Of a stretch of 64,000 bases of DNA, positions 29,747 through 39,875 are shown in pieces. The stretch is from an archaeon (lineage in GTDB: Archaea; B1Sed10-29; JAVZDC01). The stretch spans positions 266,871 through 330,870 of the forward strand of contig JAVZDC010000001.1 of the NCBI GenBank assembly GCA_038874115.1. Reading direction: 5' to 3'. The position numbers and the translations under genes are program-made. Under the pieces are notes generated by a model. That model searched no databases, had not been told where the DNA came from, and saw nothing but the letters and a program-made list of their open reading frames with translations. Position 1 is the stretch's first letter; each line of letters begins with the position of its first letter.

Positions 29747-31600
29747 ATGACAAATTACCTCCTGGAGGAAAATAAAAAAACAGTCTTGCTCGGGAACGAA
29801 GCGATTGCTAGGGGGGCTGTAGAAGCAGGACTTGGTTTTTCTGCTTGTTATCCTGGAACTCCGAGCTCTGAAATTGGAATAACTCTTGCCAGGATTGCAA
29901 AAGATGTTGGGTTTTATTTTGAATGGAGTGCTAATGAAAAAGTTGCTTTTGAAGCGTGTGCTGGTGCTTCTTTTTGTGGCATTAGAAGTTTGAGCGCAGT
30001 AAAGCATTTTGGATTAAACGTTGCTTTGGACTCTATCGCTCCTGTTGTTTATTCTGGAGTAAAAGGTGGTCTTGTTTACGTTGTGGCTGACGATCCTCAT
30101 GGATGGAGTAGCGCCCAAAGTGAAGAAGATACAAGATGGGTCGGACATTTATGTAATATACCAATATTAGAACCATCCAATCCCCAAGATGCGAAGGATT
30201 TAACTTTTCTTGGTTTTGAAATTTCTGAAAAGTTTGAAATTCCAATAATGTTGCACACGACTACAAAAGTAAACCATGCCATCGGAACTGTTTCTCTTGG
30301 AAAAATTCCAAAGAACATAAAAACAAAAGGCGATTTTGTTAAAAATTTTGAAAGGTACTATAACATAACTCCTGGGCTACAAAAGCAGCATGAAAAAGTT
30401 TTAGAAAAATTAGAAGGAATAGAAAAATACTGCGAAAATATTAACAAAGTTGTTGGGAAGAAAAATTCTAAAATTGGAATAATTACTTCTGGAGTTTGTT
30501 ATGAATTTTGTCTAGAAAACGGATTAGATGAGCACGCCAAGATAGCTAAACTCTCTCTTATTTATCCTTTTCCTGAAAAATTTGTGGCTAAGTTTTTAGA
30601 AAATTTGGGAACTTTAATAGTAATTGAACAACTTGAGCCTTTTATCGAAGAAAAAGTTTATAAAATTGCAAAAGAAATTAATCCAGACCTAAAAATTTTT
30701 GGAAAGAATATATTTCCAAAAGTTGATGAATTAGAGATAGACATTATTTACGAAAAAGTATCGGAATTGCTTGGTTTAAAAAACAAAGGTTTTGAAAAAA
30801 TAGATAAAAAATTCAAAGAAATTAAGATTCCAACTAGAAAACCAGCGCTATGTCCTGGATGCCCACACAGATCAACTTTTTATGCTTTGAAGAGTGTTAT
30901 TCCTGAAGATACTCCAACCCCTGGGGATATAGGTTGTTACATTTTAGGAATCTATCCTCCTTTCAAAGTTCAAGACTTTGATATTTCAATGGGAGCAAGC
31001 TTGGGTTTTGCCCATGGATTTTCAAAAGTTAGCTCGAAAAGACCAGTAGCTATGGTTGGGGACTCTACATTTTTCCATGCTGCTTTACCTGCTATAGCAA
31101 ACATTGTATTTAACAAATCAAATCCACTGATTATTGTTCTAGACAATTCAGTCACAGCCATGACCGGCCACCAGCCTCATCCGGGGACAGGAGTAAACGC
31201 TCTTGGAGAACCAACAGAAAAAATAAAAATAGAAGATGTGGCTAAAGCTTTAGGGATAAAGAATGTAGAGATAGCAAACGTTTGGAACCAAAAAGAGCTC
31301 CAAGAAAAGATTAAAAAACTTTGGGATAAAAAAGATGAACCTTGCTTGCTTATAGCTAGAGGAGAGTGCAGGTTAATAATGCGAAGAAAGATTTTGGCTC
31401 GAGGGAAAGATTTTCCTAAATTCCAAATCTCTGAGGATAAATGTACCAAATGTGGCATTTGTATTGATAAATTTGCTTGCCCCGCAATACAAAGAAGTGA
31501 GGATAAGAAAAAATATTGGATTGATGAATCTCTATGCTGGGGTTGCAGCATATGTTCTCAAATCTGCCCATCAAAAGCAATTTCGGTTAGATCAGTATGA
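29747..31600 (+). CDS. iorA: Indolepyruvate:ferredoxin oxidoreductase alpha subunit
   Basis: LLGNEAIARG, YPGTPSSE, CPGCPHR, GDIGC, GDSTFFH, AMTGHQP, C-terminal 2x4Fe-4S; start refined to MTNYLL. Confidence 0.95.
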   Translation: MTNYLLEENKKTVLLGNEAIARGAVEAGLGFSACYPGTPSSEIGITLARIAKDVGFYFEWSANEKVAFEACAGASFCGIRSLSAVKHFGLNVALDSIAPVVYSGVKGGLVYVVADDPHGWSSAQSEEDTRWVGHLCNIPILEPSNPQDAKDLTFLGFEISEKFEIPIMLHTTTKVNHAIGTVSLGKIPKNIKTKGDFVKNFERYYNITPGLQKQHEKVLEKLEGIEKYCENINKVVGKKNSKIGIITSGVCYEFCLENGLDEHAKIAKLSLIYPFPEKFVAKFLENLGTLIVIEQLEPFIEEKVYKIAKEINPDLKIFGKNIFPKVDELEIDIIYEKVSELLGLKNKGFEKIDKKFKEIKIPTRKPALCPGCPHRSTFYALKSVIPEDTPTPGDIGCYILGIYPPFKVQDFDISMGASLGFAHGFSKVSSKRPVAMVGDSTFFHAALPAIANIVFNKSNPLIIVLDNSVTAMTGHQPHPGTGVNALGEPTEKIKIEDVAKALGIKNVEIANVWNQKELQEKIKKLWDKKDEPCLLIARGECRLIMRRKILARGKDFPKFQISEDKCTKCGICIDKFACPAIQRSEDKKKYWIDESLCWGCSICSQICPSKAISVRSV

Positions 31601-32202
31601 AAAAGTTTAATCTATTGATAGTTGGTATCGGAGGAGAAGGAGTACTCACATCAGGTGTTGTTGTCGCCAGAGCTGCGCACGAAGAGGACATGTATGTAAC
31701 TGGCTTGCAGTTGCATGGACTATCACAAAGAGGAGGATCTATCCCTGTTTTCGTAAGGTTTGGAAGCGAAGTACATGCTCCGACTTTTGGAATGGGGGAT
31801 GCTGATTTAATAATTGCAACAGAACCTTCAGAAGCTCTTAGATTTGCTAAATATGGGAACTTAGAAAAAACTATGTTCATAATTGATGATTCTGTAGTGA
31901 AATCTCCATATTCAAACGTTGAAAATGAACACTATCCAAGTAAAGAAGAAATTATGAGATACTTAAAACCATTTTCAAAAAAAATATATTATATTCCTAT
32001 ATCCGAGGAATGTAAGAAAAAATTTGGGGATAAGATTTACGGGAACATTGCTTTATTAGGAGTTGCTGTTTCTCTTGGAGCCTTGCCTTTAAAAGAAGAA
32101 AGCATGATAAAAGCAATAAAGGAAACTGCACGACGAAATTTAGATAAAAACATGGATGCTTTTAAATACGGCTTAGAGTATGGTAGAAAATTGAATGTTT
32201 AG
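31597..32202 (+). CDS. iorB: Indolepyruvate:ferredoxin oxidoreductase beta subunit
   Basis: VGIGGEGV, HGLSQRGGS; coupled to iorA. Confidence 0.92.
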   Translation: MKKFNLLIVGIGGEGVLTSGVVVARAAHEEDMYVTGLQLHGLSQRGGSIPVFVRFGSEVHAPTFGMGDADLIIATEPSEALRFAKYGNLEKTMFIIDDSVVKSPYSNVENEHYPSKEEIMRYLKPFSKKIYYIPISEECKKKFGDKIYGNIALLGVAVSLGALPLKEESMIKAIKETARRNLDKNMDAFKYGLEYGRKLNV

Positions 32203-32228
32203 TTGAAAACAAGAAGAAAAGTGAAAAA

Positions 32229-34082
32229 TTAGCCAACAAATATTGGTCTTTTACTAACAAAAACTGGATAAGGTAAATTCCTGAAAGGCATATCTTTTTG
32301 TAATTTAGCAAACAATTCTTTTAATTCTTGAATACTCATTTCTTTTTTCTCCCTTGTCTCCCTAATCCTAACAGATAAAACGTTTTTCTCTAATTCTTTT
32401 GGTCCAATTACGATAATAAATGGAATCCATAATTCTTCTGCATTTTTTATTTTTTTTGCTAAAGTATTGTCTGTATCGTCGATATCGATACGAACTTTTT
32501 CAAAATTCTTTAATATTCTTTCACACTGTGGGACTAAATCAGGAGATGTTGGAATTATTCTTGCTTGGACAGGAGATAGCCAAAAAGGAAGCATAGGTAC
32601 TTTTCCTATTTTTTCCATTGCCGCTGCGTTTTCCAAAAGGGCTGCTAAAACTCTTTCAGGTCCAAAACCAGTATGTAATATTCCGAAAGGATATTTTTTT
32701 GAACCATCTTCAGCAATGTACTTTATATCCCACCAAGCTGAACTGCTGGTATCTAATTGGACTGTGGAAACTTCCATCGCTCTTCCCAAATTATCAAAAG
32801 CTAGAACATCTATCCAAGCCACTTTATAAGTTTTTGTTGTTTTAAAAAGTTTAATTATGAAAGGAATTTTAAGGTCATCAGCCCATTTTTTGAAAACTTC
32901 TTTGTAAGTATCAAAGAAATCTTTTTTGCAATTTAGGACTATTGCTGATGGCTTAACCCCAATAGCGTTATAAACTCCCATGGCAAACTTTTCAGTCTGT
33001 CTTTCAAATTCTTCAAAAGTTTGATTTGCGTCTAAACAGATTGTGTGTACATTGGCCATCGTTGCGTTTCTAAGACGATATAACCCTAAAACTTCGCCCC
33101 TCTGCTCATATCTCCAAAAAATATCGTATTCAAAAATCCTGAAAGGAAGTTGTTTATAAGTCACTACTGCATCTTTGAATATGGACCAAACTCCATAATC
33201 GCAAGCAGGTCTTAATCTAAATTCTTGAGTTTTTTCTTTAGATCCTGGATAAACTTTATACAATCTTTCAGGGAATTTGCCCATCATTATAGAAACACTT
33301 TTTTCATTCGGGTTTATGATCGCAGGCGTTCTAACAAAAAAAGATCCAAGTTCCTCGCAAACTTTTCTACCCCAATCCATCAACAAATTAATCATAAGTT
33401 CTCCGTTTGGATAGTATCTCATATTTCCTGAATCTGAAACCCTTAGCTCTGGTTCACAGATCTCAAACTTTCTCATAAGCTTTAGATGCGGGGGAGTACC
33501 AAACGAACTTTCCTTAATCTCTTTTAACTCAAGAGCGATCGTTCTTTTAACGTCTTTTTCCTCATCGCCTAAATCCTCTCTTCTCAAAATTCCTTTCCCA
33601 GGAAGTATAACAAGAACATCCTCTATCTTTCCTTCATCCTCTTCTTCCTCCAATTCTTCTTCCTTCGTTCCTTTAACCTCTCTACTCAACTCGGCTAAAG
33701 GATGTCCTTTGCAAGAAATTGTAAATTTTTTATACCATCCGAAAGGCGCTCTGTAAACTTCATACTCTTCAGAAAGTTTATTCTCCAAATCTTTTAAAAC
33801 AGAAAGAGCAAAAGAAGGAGAAGATGGATTCGAAGAAAGATGAACAAAAGGATATAAAACTAACCTCTTACTTTTAATCTTTTCTAAAACATCTTTTATT
33901 TCATTATATGCTTCATTCAATATTTCTTCTTTTTTATTTTCATCCTGTTTTTCAATGGAACAAAATACAACTAAACAATCTTCTATTCTCTTTTTAACCT
34001 TTTCAACATCTTCCGCATCCTCTATAGCTTTTGAAACAGGTTCTACTTCCAGAAAATCGGAATGTATGCAAAGAATTCTCAT
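32229..34082 (-). CDS. thrS: Threonyl-tRNA synthetase, archaeal type (N-terminal editing domain)
   Basis: MRILCIHSD, YPFVHLS, PFGWYK..CKGHPLAELSR, RYEQRGE, C-terminal anticodon-binding domain. Confidence 0.95.
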   Translation of the reverse strand: MRILCIHSDFLEVEPVSKAIEDAEDVEKVKKRIEDCLVVFCSIEKQDENKKEEILNEAYNEIKDVLEKIKSKRLVLYPFVHLSSNPSSPSFALSVLKDLENKLSEEYEVYRAPFGWYKKFTISCKGHPLAELSREVKGTKEEELEEEEDEGKIEDVLVILPGKGILRREDLGDEEKDVKRTIALELKEIKESSFGTPPHLKLMRKFEICEPELRVSDSGNMRYYPNGELMINLLMDWGRKVCEELGSFFVRTPAIINPNEKSVSIMMGKFPERLYKVYPGSKEKTQEFRLRPACDYGVWSIFKDAVVTYKQLPFRIFEYDIFWRYEQRGEVLGLYRLRNATMANVHTICLDANQTFEEFERQTEKFAMGVYNAIGVKPSAIVLNCKKDFFDTYKEVFKKWADDLKIPFIIKLFKTTKTYKVAWIDVLAFDNLGRAMEVSTVQLDTSSSAWWDIKYIAEDGSKKYPFGILHTGFGPERVLAALLENAAAMEKIGKVPMLPFWLSPVQARIIPTSPDLVPQCERILKNFEKVRIDIDDTDNTLAKKIKNAEELWIPFIIVIGPKELEKNVLSVRIRETREKKEMSIQELKELFAKLQKDMPFRNLPYPVFVSKRPIFVG

Positions 34083-34099
34083 TCAATCCCTTTGGAAAA

Positions 34100-35629
34100 T
34101 TATTTGAGTTTATATAAATCATCTTTTAACTTTTTACCAGTCTTTTTCTCCCATTCTTCTATTGGAATGCCAAAATCTTGTTGCATTTTCATTAAATACA
34201 ACTCTGGTAATCCATTAAAAGCACAAAATGGAACTATTCTTTCATCTGGCAAGACATAATGAATTACACATCTTCTAACCCTCTCAACATCGTAGTTGTA
34301 AGCATCCATGAAATGCATTGTTCCGACAAACAAAGTTTTGTAATGGAATTTTCCAAGACTTTTATAATTTCTTAATATTAACATTTCAAGTAAAAGTTGT
34401 TTTAAGTTAAAATCTTTTGGAGCTTTGTCTTTACGTACAAGCCCGCTCAAAGCAAAATAACCTTTAAAAAGCCACTTAATTTTTGCAAGTAAACCTCCTT
34501 TTTCCAAATCTTTTGCCACTTCCTCTACAATTTGGAAAAACTTATCTGCGTCCACAATATCAGTTATAGGTGTAATTTCTCCCGAGTCGTCGATGTACAA
34601 ATAAGTTGCTACTCCGCAATGAGGATGAGCACTAAATTCGATTTCTGGTTTTTTTGATAATGCCTCGGCCAAATGAGTTATTGGAACTACGCATGAAATC
34701 GGATAAAAGGCCTTCCTAGTGATTTTTTTCTTTGATTGTTTTTCTAAAGCAATGAGCAAATCAGGAATTGTTACTCTGATTTTTCTTCGTTGGGCAGGGG
34801 ACATTGCTCCAACAAAGGAAACAGGTTGGAAATTTACTCCTCTAATTATATCTTTGTTTTTGGCTGCAAATTTTATAATTTCCCACACTTCGGCCAAATT
34901 ATAGTTTTTTAATAAAACAGGTACTAAAACAATTCCAAGCCCTGCTTTTCTACAGTTTTCAATCGCGTTTAAAGTTTCTTTTGATGCGCCACCTTTTAGT
35001 TTTTTCTTCACAGAATCAAAAGATAGATATACAGTATTTACTCCTGCCTCTCTTACTTTTTTAGCAAGCTCTGGATCTGTACCTAGTCTTATCCCGTTGG
35101 TATTCAATTGAACATGAGTGAAACCATGCTTTTTACAAAGTTTAATTATATCTATTAAATCTTCTCTCAATGTTGGTTCTCCACCTGTAATTTGGATTGC
35201 TTTTGTTGGGACTGGTCTCTCAGACCTCAAAGCGATTAACATTTTTTCAATCGTTTCCAAATCTGGTTCAAAAACTTTCCCCGCAGCTCCAACATTGGCA
35301 AAACAATAGCTACATCTCATATCACACCTATTCGTAACGAAAAGGTTTGCTAAAACAGTTCCAGAAAGATGATAATTGCACAAACCGCAGTCCAAAGGGC
35401 AAACTGGAATACTTTTAGTTATCTTTGGATTTTCTATTCCTTTCCCGTCGTGGAGAAATTTGTCTGCCCAAGCATAGAGGTTATAGTCCGACCAATAAAC
35501 ATCTTCAAAAGACCCGTGTTCCTCACATTCTTTTTTGATATAAACTTTGCCTGCTTTTTCATATATCGTTGCTTTAATCGGAATATGACATTCCGGGCAT
35601 ATTGAAGTAGTGCTCTTCAAAATACGCAT
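34100..35629 (-). CDS. tes: Radical SAM enzyme of the MJ0619/Tes (tetraether lipid synthase, GDGT-MAS) family
   Basis: N-terminal SICPEC..C..HG, CPLDCGLC..H, TNRCDMRCSYCF, RGVNFQPVSF, HPHCG, MHFMDAYNYDVERVRRCVIHY, IVPFC. Confidence 0.85.
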   Translation of the reverse strand: MRILKSTTSICPECHIPIKATIYEKAGKVYIKKECEEHGSFEDVYWSDYNLYAWADKFLHDGKGIENPKITKSIPVCPLDCGLCNYHLSGTVLANLFVTNRCDMRCSYCFANVGAAGKVFEPDLETIEKMLIALRSERPVPTKAIQITGGEPTLREDLIDIIKLCKKHGFTHVQLNTNGIRLGTDPELAKKVREAGVNTVYLSFDSVKKKLKGGASKETLNAIENCRKAGLGIVLVPVLLKNYNLAEVWEIIKFAAKNKDIIRGVNFQPVSFVGAMSPAQRRKIRVTIPDLLIALEKQSKKKITRKAFYPISCVVPITHLAEALSKKPEIEFSAHPHCGVATYLYIDDSGEITPITDIVDADKFFQIVEEVAKDLEKGGLLAKIKWLFKGYFALSGLVRKDKAPKDFNLKQLLLEMLILRNYKSLGKFHYKTLFVGTMHFMDAYNYDVERVRRCVIHYVLPDERIVPFCAFNGLPELYLMKMQQDFGIPIEEWEKKTGKKLKDDLYKLK

Positions 35630-35679
35630 AAATTTAGAATGAATCAAAATATTTAAAAACCTTTCTAAATCAATAGAAT

Positions 35680-36270
35680 GTGCAATTTCTAGGAATCGAT
35701 CTAGCAGGTAGTGAGAAAAGAAATACAGGTATCTGTGTCTTGGAAGGAAACTTAGCTAAAACTGAAATCTTAAAATCAGATTCGGAAATTTTGGAAAAAG
35801 TTGAAAAATGTGAAGCAAAAATAGTTGCAATAGACGCGCCCTTATTTTTACCATCAGATAGAAGAAATATTGAAGATGTTTCTGGGTCACACCTAAGAAA
35901 ATGTGATAAAGAGCTTTTGCGGATGCACATTAAGTTTTTCCCGATAACTTTAGGTCCGATGCGAGCTTTAACGAAAAGAGGCATTAGAATTAAGAAAAAA
36001 ATTGAAAAATTAGGAAAAACCGTGCTTGAAACATATCCAGGAGCAGTTTATGATTTGTTTGGGATAAAAAGAGAGGATAAAGAAAAAAGTAAACTTTGGA
36101 GGTTACTTGGAATAAAAATCGTAGGTGGGAAAACAAAAGATGAGTTGGATGCAATTGCTTGTGCTTATGTTGCGAAAATGTATCATGAAAAGAAAGTAAT
36201 TAAAATTGGAGAAAAAGAAGAAGGATATATGTACCTGCCAGACGTAAAAAATATCAAAAGATTTAAATAA
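35680..36270 (+). CDS. DUF429 family (RNase H-like fold, predicted nuclease)
   Basis: GIDLAG, AIDAPL, R.CD.EL, ETYP, DELDAIACA. Confidence 0.85.
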   Translation: MQFLGIDLAGSEKRNTGICVLEGNLAKTEILKSDSEILEKVEKCEAKIVAIDAPLFLPSDRRNIEDVSGSHLRKCDKELLRMHIKFFPITLGPMRALTKRGIRIKKKIEKLGKTVLETYPGAVYDLFGIKREDKEKSKLWRLLGIKIVGGKTKDELDAIACAYVAKMYHEKKVIKIGEKEEGYMYLPDVKNIKRFK

Positions 36271-36314
36271 ATCTTTTATATCTTAAAACTTTAATTTTAG
36301 AGAGGGGTGAAGTC

Positions 36315-36695
36315 ATGAAGCAAATAACTCTAAAAATAAAAAATGAGCCTGGAGCTCTTGCTGATTTGTGTGGTGCGCTTGGGGATAAAGGAGTAAATAT
36401 AATTTCCATATTTGCTGGAGCTCTTGATTCTGAAGGGTTAGTTTATATCATAACCGAAGATGAAAAAACGACTGAAAAAATATTGAGGGATAAAAAAATA
36501 AACTACAGATCTGAGGAGATTATAGAACTTAAAATTTTGGATAGACCTGGAGAACTAGCAAAAGTTGCCAGACTTCTTGCTTTTGAGAGAATTAATATAC
36601 AATCAATATTCCTGCTTTCCAAAGAAAAAGGAGTTGTAACGCTAGCTTTGAGAACTGATGATTTAGAGAAAACAAAAGAAGTTTTGAAATTATGA
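36315..36695 (+). CDS. Tandem ACT-domain protein
   Basis: NEPGALA..GVNI and DRPGELA..INI. Confidence 0.88.
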   Translation: MKQITLKIKNEPGALADLCGALGDKGVNIISIFAGALDSEGLVYIITEDEKTTEKILRDKKINYRSEEIIELKILDRPGELAKVARLLAFERINIQSIFLLSKEKGVVTLALRTDDLEKTKEVLKL

Positions 36696-36889
36696 AAGTT
36701 ATCTTGGAGCACAAAGGAAAAATAAAAAAAGTAGATACAAAGAAGAAGACTTTAGGAGCCTTACTGAAAGAACTTGGATATTCTCCAAAGGATTATATAA
36801 TTACTGTAAATGGGAAAATCTCCCTCCCTACAGAAAAAATAAAGGAAAATTCTATAATTAAACTTTTTGCAATCGTTAGTGGAGGATAA
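36692..36889 (+). CDS. Ubiquitin-like sulfur carrier (SAMP2/ThiS/MoaD family)
   Basis: 65 aa, VNG, C-terminal VSGG. Confidence 0.9.
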   Translation: MKVILEHKGKIKKVDTKKKTLGALLKELGYSPKDYIITVNGKISLPTEKIKENSIIKLFAIVSGG

Positions 36890-36900
36890 TTAGTGAAAAA

Positions 36901-37815
36901 ATGAAATGTTTTTTATGCGGCAGGAAAGCGATTGAATTTTTACCCTACTTGGGCAAAGCAGTTTGCGATAGGTGCTTTATAAGAATTTATGAAAGAAGGG
37001 TTAGTCGAGTTATACACAACCATAAAATGTTTGACAAAAATGAAAAGATTTGCCTTGGGGTTAGTGGTGGAAAAGATTCGCTAAGTTTGCTTTATTTTTT
37101 AAGAAAAAGAAAGTACGATGTCTATCCTGTGTTGATAGATGAAGGAATTAAAGGGTATAGAGACATCACCATAAAATATGCAGAGAAAGTATGTAAAAAA
37201 CTTGGGTTGGATTTAAAGATTTATAGGTTTAAAGATTTGTTTGGGTTTAATTTGGATGACATCGATCAAAAACTTAAATGCGGTGTTTGCGGAGTATTGA
37301 GACGTAGAGCTTTAAATACTGCTGCAAGAGAGCTTGAATGCACGAAAATAGCGACAGCACATAACTTAGATGATGAGGCACAAACTGCTTTAATGAATTT
37401 CGCGAGAGGAGAGATATGGAGGATTGCAAGAAGTGGACCAATCTCAGGATATGAAACACATCCGAAATTTATTCCAAGAGTTAAACCTTTGAGGGAATGT
37501 TTGGAGCGAGAAAATGTGATATATGCTTTGCTAAACAGAATTGAATTTAAAGATATTGATTGTCCTTACGCGGGGGCGGCTTTAAGAAACGAATATCGAA
37601 ATGCAATAAATTTAATAGAAGAAAAGCATCCAGGTACAAAATTTGGAATATTGAGAACTTCGGATAAACTTTCTGAAATTTTAAGAAAAATACAAAAACA
37701 AAAATTTGTAGAATGTGAAATGTGTGGAGAAATTGGAGCGGACAAAATATGTAAAGTTTGCAAAATCTTATCTTCCCTTCAAGGAAAAGTAGATCTCAAA
37801 AAATCTTTGGGCTAA
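36901..37815 (+). CDS. ncsA: tRNA 2-thiolation enzyme (NcsA/TtuA/Ctu1, TIGR00269-like)
   Basis: N- and C-terminal zinc fingers, SGGKDS PP-loop, CGVCGVLRR, TAHNLDD, CPY; next to the SAMP gene. Confidence 0.9.
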   Translation: MKCFLCGRKAIEFLPYLGKAVCDRCFIRIYERRVSRVIHNHKMFDKNEKICLGVSGGKDSLSLLYFLRKRKYDVYPVLIDEGIKGYRDITIKYAEKVCKKLGLDLKIYRFKDLFGFNLDDIDQKLKCGVCGVLRRRALNTAARELECTKIATAHNLDDEAQTALMNFARGEIWRIARSGPISGYETHPKFIPRVKPLRECLERENVIYALLNRIEFKDIDCPYAGAALRNEYRNAINLIEEKHPGTKFGILRTSDKLSEILRKIQKQKFVECEMCGEIGADKICKVCKILSSLQGKVDLKKSLG

Positions 37816-38061
37816 AGGAGTTAGAAAATATCTTTTTTCATGCTGAAGGACAATCAAATCTAAAAACCTTTTCTTTCTCAGAGAGTTAAATTTTTCTTCT
37901 AAAATCAAAGTATCTAAATCATAAGTTTTACATAAATTCTCAATAGTGTTTGCTCCATTTAAAAGTTCTTTCAAAGCATTTAAATATTGGATGTTTTTCA
38001 GAAAAAATTCCAACTCTGGAAAACTTTGTAAAAAATACAAATATTCCTCTTCAAGATTCAT
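37768..38061 (-). CDS. Small winged-HTH-like protein
   Basis: ..TIENLC..L...RYFLTPLAQ wHTH-like pattern; coupled to gatE. Confidence 0.5.
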   Translation of the reverse strand: MNLEEEYLYFLQSFPELEFFLKNIQYLNALKELLNGANTIENLCKTYDLDTLILEEKFNSLRKKRFLDLIVLQHEKRYFLTPLAQRFFEIYFSLKGR

Positions 38062-39865
38062 TCTCTATCACTTCTTTAACAATTTTAGCAATCTCCGCTC
38101 CATCGTATTTTCCTCTAAACTCTGCCATGAGCAAACCCATTAAAACGTTAAATTGTCTTTCCCTTGGCAAATTTTTTAATTTTTCCAAGTGTTGTCTTGT
38201 TTTCTCCACAATTGCTTCTTTCGTAACTTTCTCAACAGAAATAATCTCATCTAACTCTTTATCTATATTCATTAACCATTTTTCAGAAACTTCTGGAAGG
38301 GCTTCTTTTGAAAACTTATTTTTTAATAAAGCCTTAAAAAGTTCCAAGTAGTGCTTCTGAGTAAATTTGGAGATATCAAGATTTTTCCTTTTAAGGCTTG
38401 GCAATGTGTTCTCAAAGAAAGATGCAACTATTTGTGCTGGCACACCAAGTTTTAAAATCTCTTTAAATTGGACAAAGTATTTAGACAGCATTATTTTTTC
38501 AGCCAATTCTTCACTTAAACCAAGTTTTTTCAAATCTTCTAAAACTTTGACCGGGTTTTCAAATTCCTGACCTTCAAATTCTTTTAAAATTTCTTTCACG
38601 TTTCCAATGGGTGGAACATCAGTCTCAGGATACATTCTTGCTTCTCCAGGTAAAGGTCTCAAGTACGCTGAAGAACCATCTTCAATGGCCTGTCTAACTT
38701 CGTCTGGAACTGCTTTTCCTTTTATCCTTTCAATTATAGCTTGGGCTGCTTTTTCACAAAGTTCTTTCTTTTCAACTAAAAGAATAAATGCGTCTTTTTT
38801 GTCAAAATTTAAAAGTTTCTTTAAGGCCTCGATTTCGTCAGAAAATCCATATTTGGCTAAATTTTCATCAGAATGGATTATTCCACCAAGACCAAATTGC
38901 TTAGCATAATCTGCTAACTCTGTACCGAAACGTCTATTTGGTAAAAGTTCTCTACCAAGAAGCCCACCAAAACCACTTAAGTGTATACAAAGAACTGAGC
39001 CCCCAGATTTTAATATTTTTTCAACAAATTTACATTTTGTATCTTTAAAAAGTTCAGAAACGTCTAAAATATTAAATTTTAATTCCGGTTTCTCTTTCCA
39101 AATCTTTTTTAAATTTTCTTGTCTTAAAACCTCGAACTCAATAATTTTATCCAGGTTTCTAATATCTTGGAAACCTTTTATTTCGACACGCCCGCCCTCG
39201 TCAGTCGAAATATTTACATCCTGCCTGATCGTACCTAACCCTCTTTGTACTTTTCCAGTGAGCCTTAAAAAAGTTCCAATTTCTAAAGCGATCTGCTTTA
39301 CTTTTGCTGGGTCTGGGGGTAACAATCCTGTAGAAATCTCGATTAAAGGAATACCCAACCTATCCAACCTAAACTTTTTATAATCCTTTCCCATCTCTCC
39401 AATCCCGCATGCTTCTTCTTCCAAATAAACTCCAGATATTGGCACCGGTCCAACACTTGAATTAAAAACACCATCAACTCCAATAAGCATCGTTCTTTGG
39501 AAACCAGTGGTATTACTTCCATCGATCACTATCTTTCTCATAACTTGAATCTCATCAAAAATGAAACAATTAAAGGCTTTTGCGATTTGAAGAACAATCT
39601 TAAAAGCATCGGGATTTACATTGTGCGGGGGTTCTTCATCTGCTTCAACTAAACAACTGGAATCTTTTTGAAAACCATAATAAAATTTCTTCTTTCTTGC
39701 AGCTTCCGCTAATGCAGCCAAGTCAAAAGTATTTAGTTCGCTAAAAGACGGTCTTAAATACCTGAAGATTTCCAAATATGGACTTTCTTCCGAGTATGTG
39801 GATTCGCAATTGCAAAACAGTTTCCTTGTATTTAACCTCTGATGGAATTCTAAACCAACTTTCAT
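38051..39865 (-). CDS. gatE: Glu-tRNA(Gln) amidotransferase subunit E
   Basis: KVGLEFHQ, DEEPPH, MRKIVIDGSNTTGFQRT, DRLGIPLIE, RPLPGEARMYPETD. Confidence 0.97.
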   Translation of the reverse strand: MKVGLEFHQRLNTRKLFCNCESTYSEESPYLEIFRYLRPSFSELNTFDLAALAEAARKKKFYYGFQKDSSCLVEADEEPPHNVNPDAFKIVLQIAKAFNCFIFDEIQVMRKIVIDGSNTTGFQRTMLIGVDGVFNSSVGPVPISGVYLEEEACGIGEMGKDYKKFRLDRLGIPLIEISTGLLPPDPAKVKQIALEIGTFLRLTGKVQRGLGTIRQDVNISTDEGGRVEIKGFQDIRNLDKIIEFEVLRQENLKKIWKEKPELKFNILDVSELFKDTKCKFVEKILKSGGSVLCIHLSGFGGLLGRELLPNRRFGTELADYAKQFGLGGIIHSDENLAKYGFSDEIEALKKLLNFDKKDAFILLVEKKELCEKAAQAIIERIKGKAVPDEVRQAIEDGSSAYLRPLPGEARMYPETDVPPIGNVKEILKEFEGQEFENPVKVLEDLKKLGLSEELAEKIMLSKYFVQFKEILKLGVPAQIVASFFENTLPSLKRKNLDISKFTQKHYLELFKALLKNKFSKEALPEVSEKWLMNIDKELDEIISVEKVTKEAIVEKTRQHLEKLKNLPRERQFNVLMGLLMAEFRGKYDGAEIAKIVKEVIENES

Positions 39866-39875
39866 AGTTATTCAC

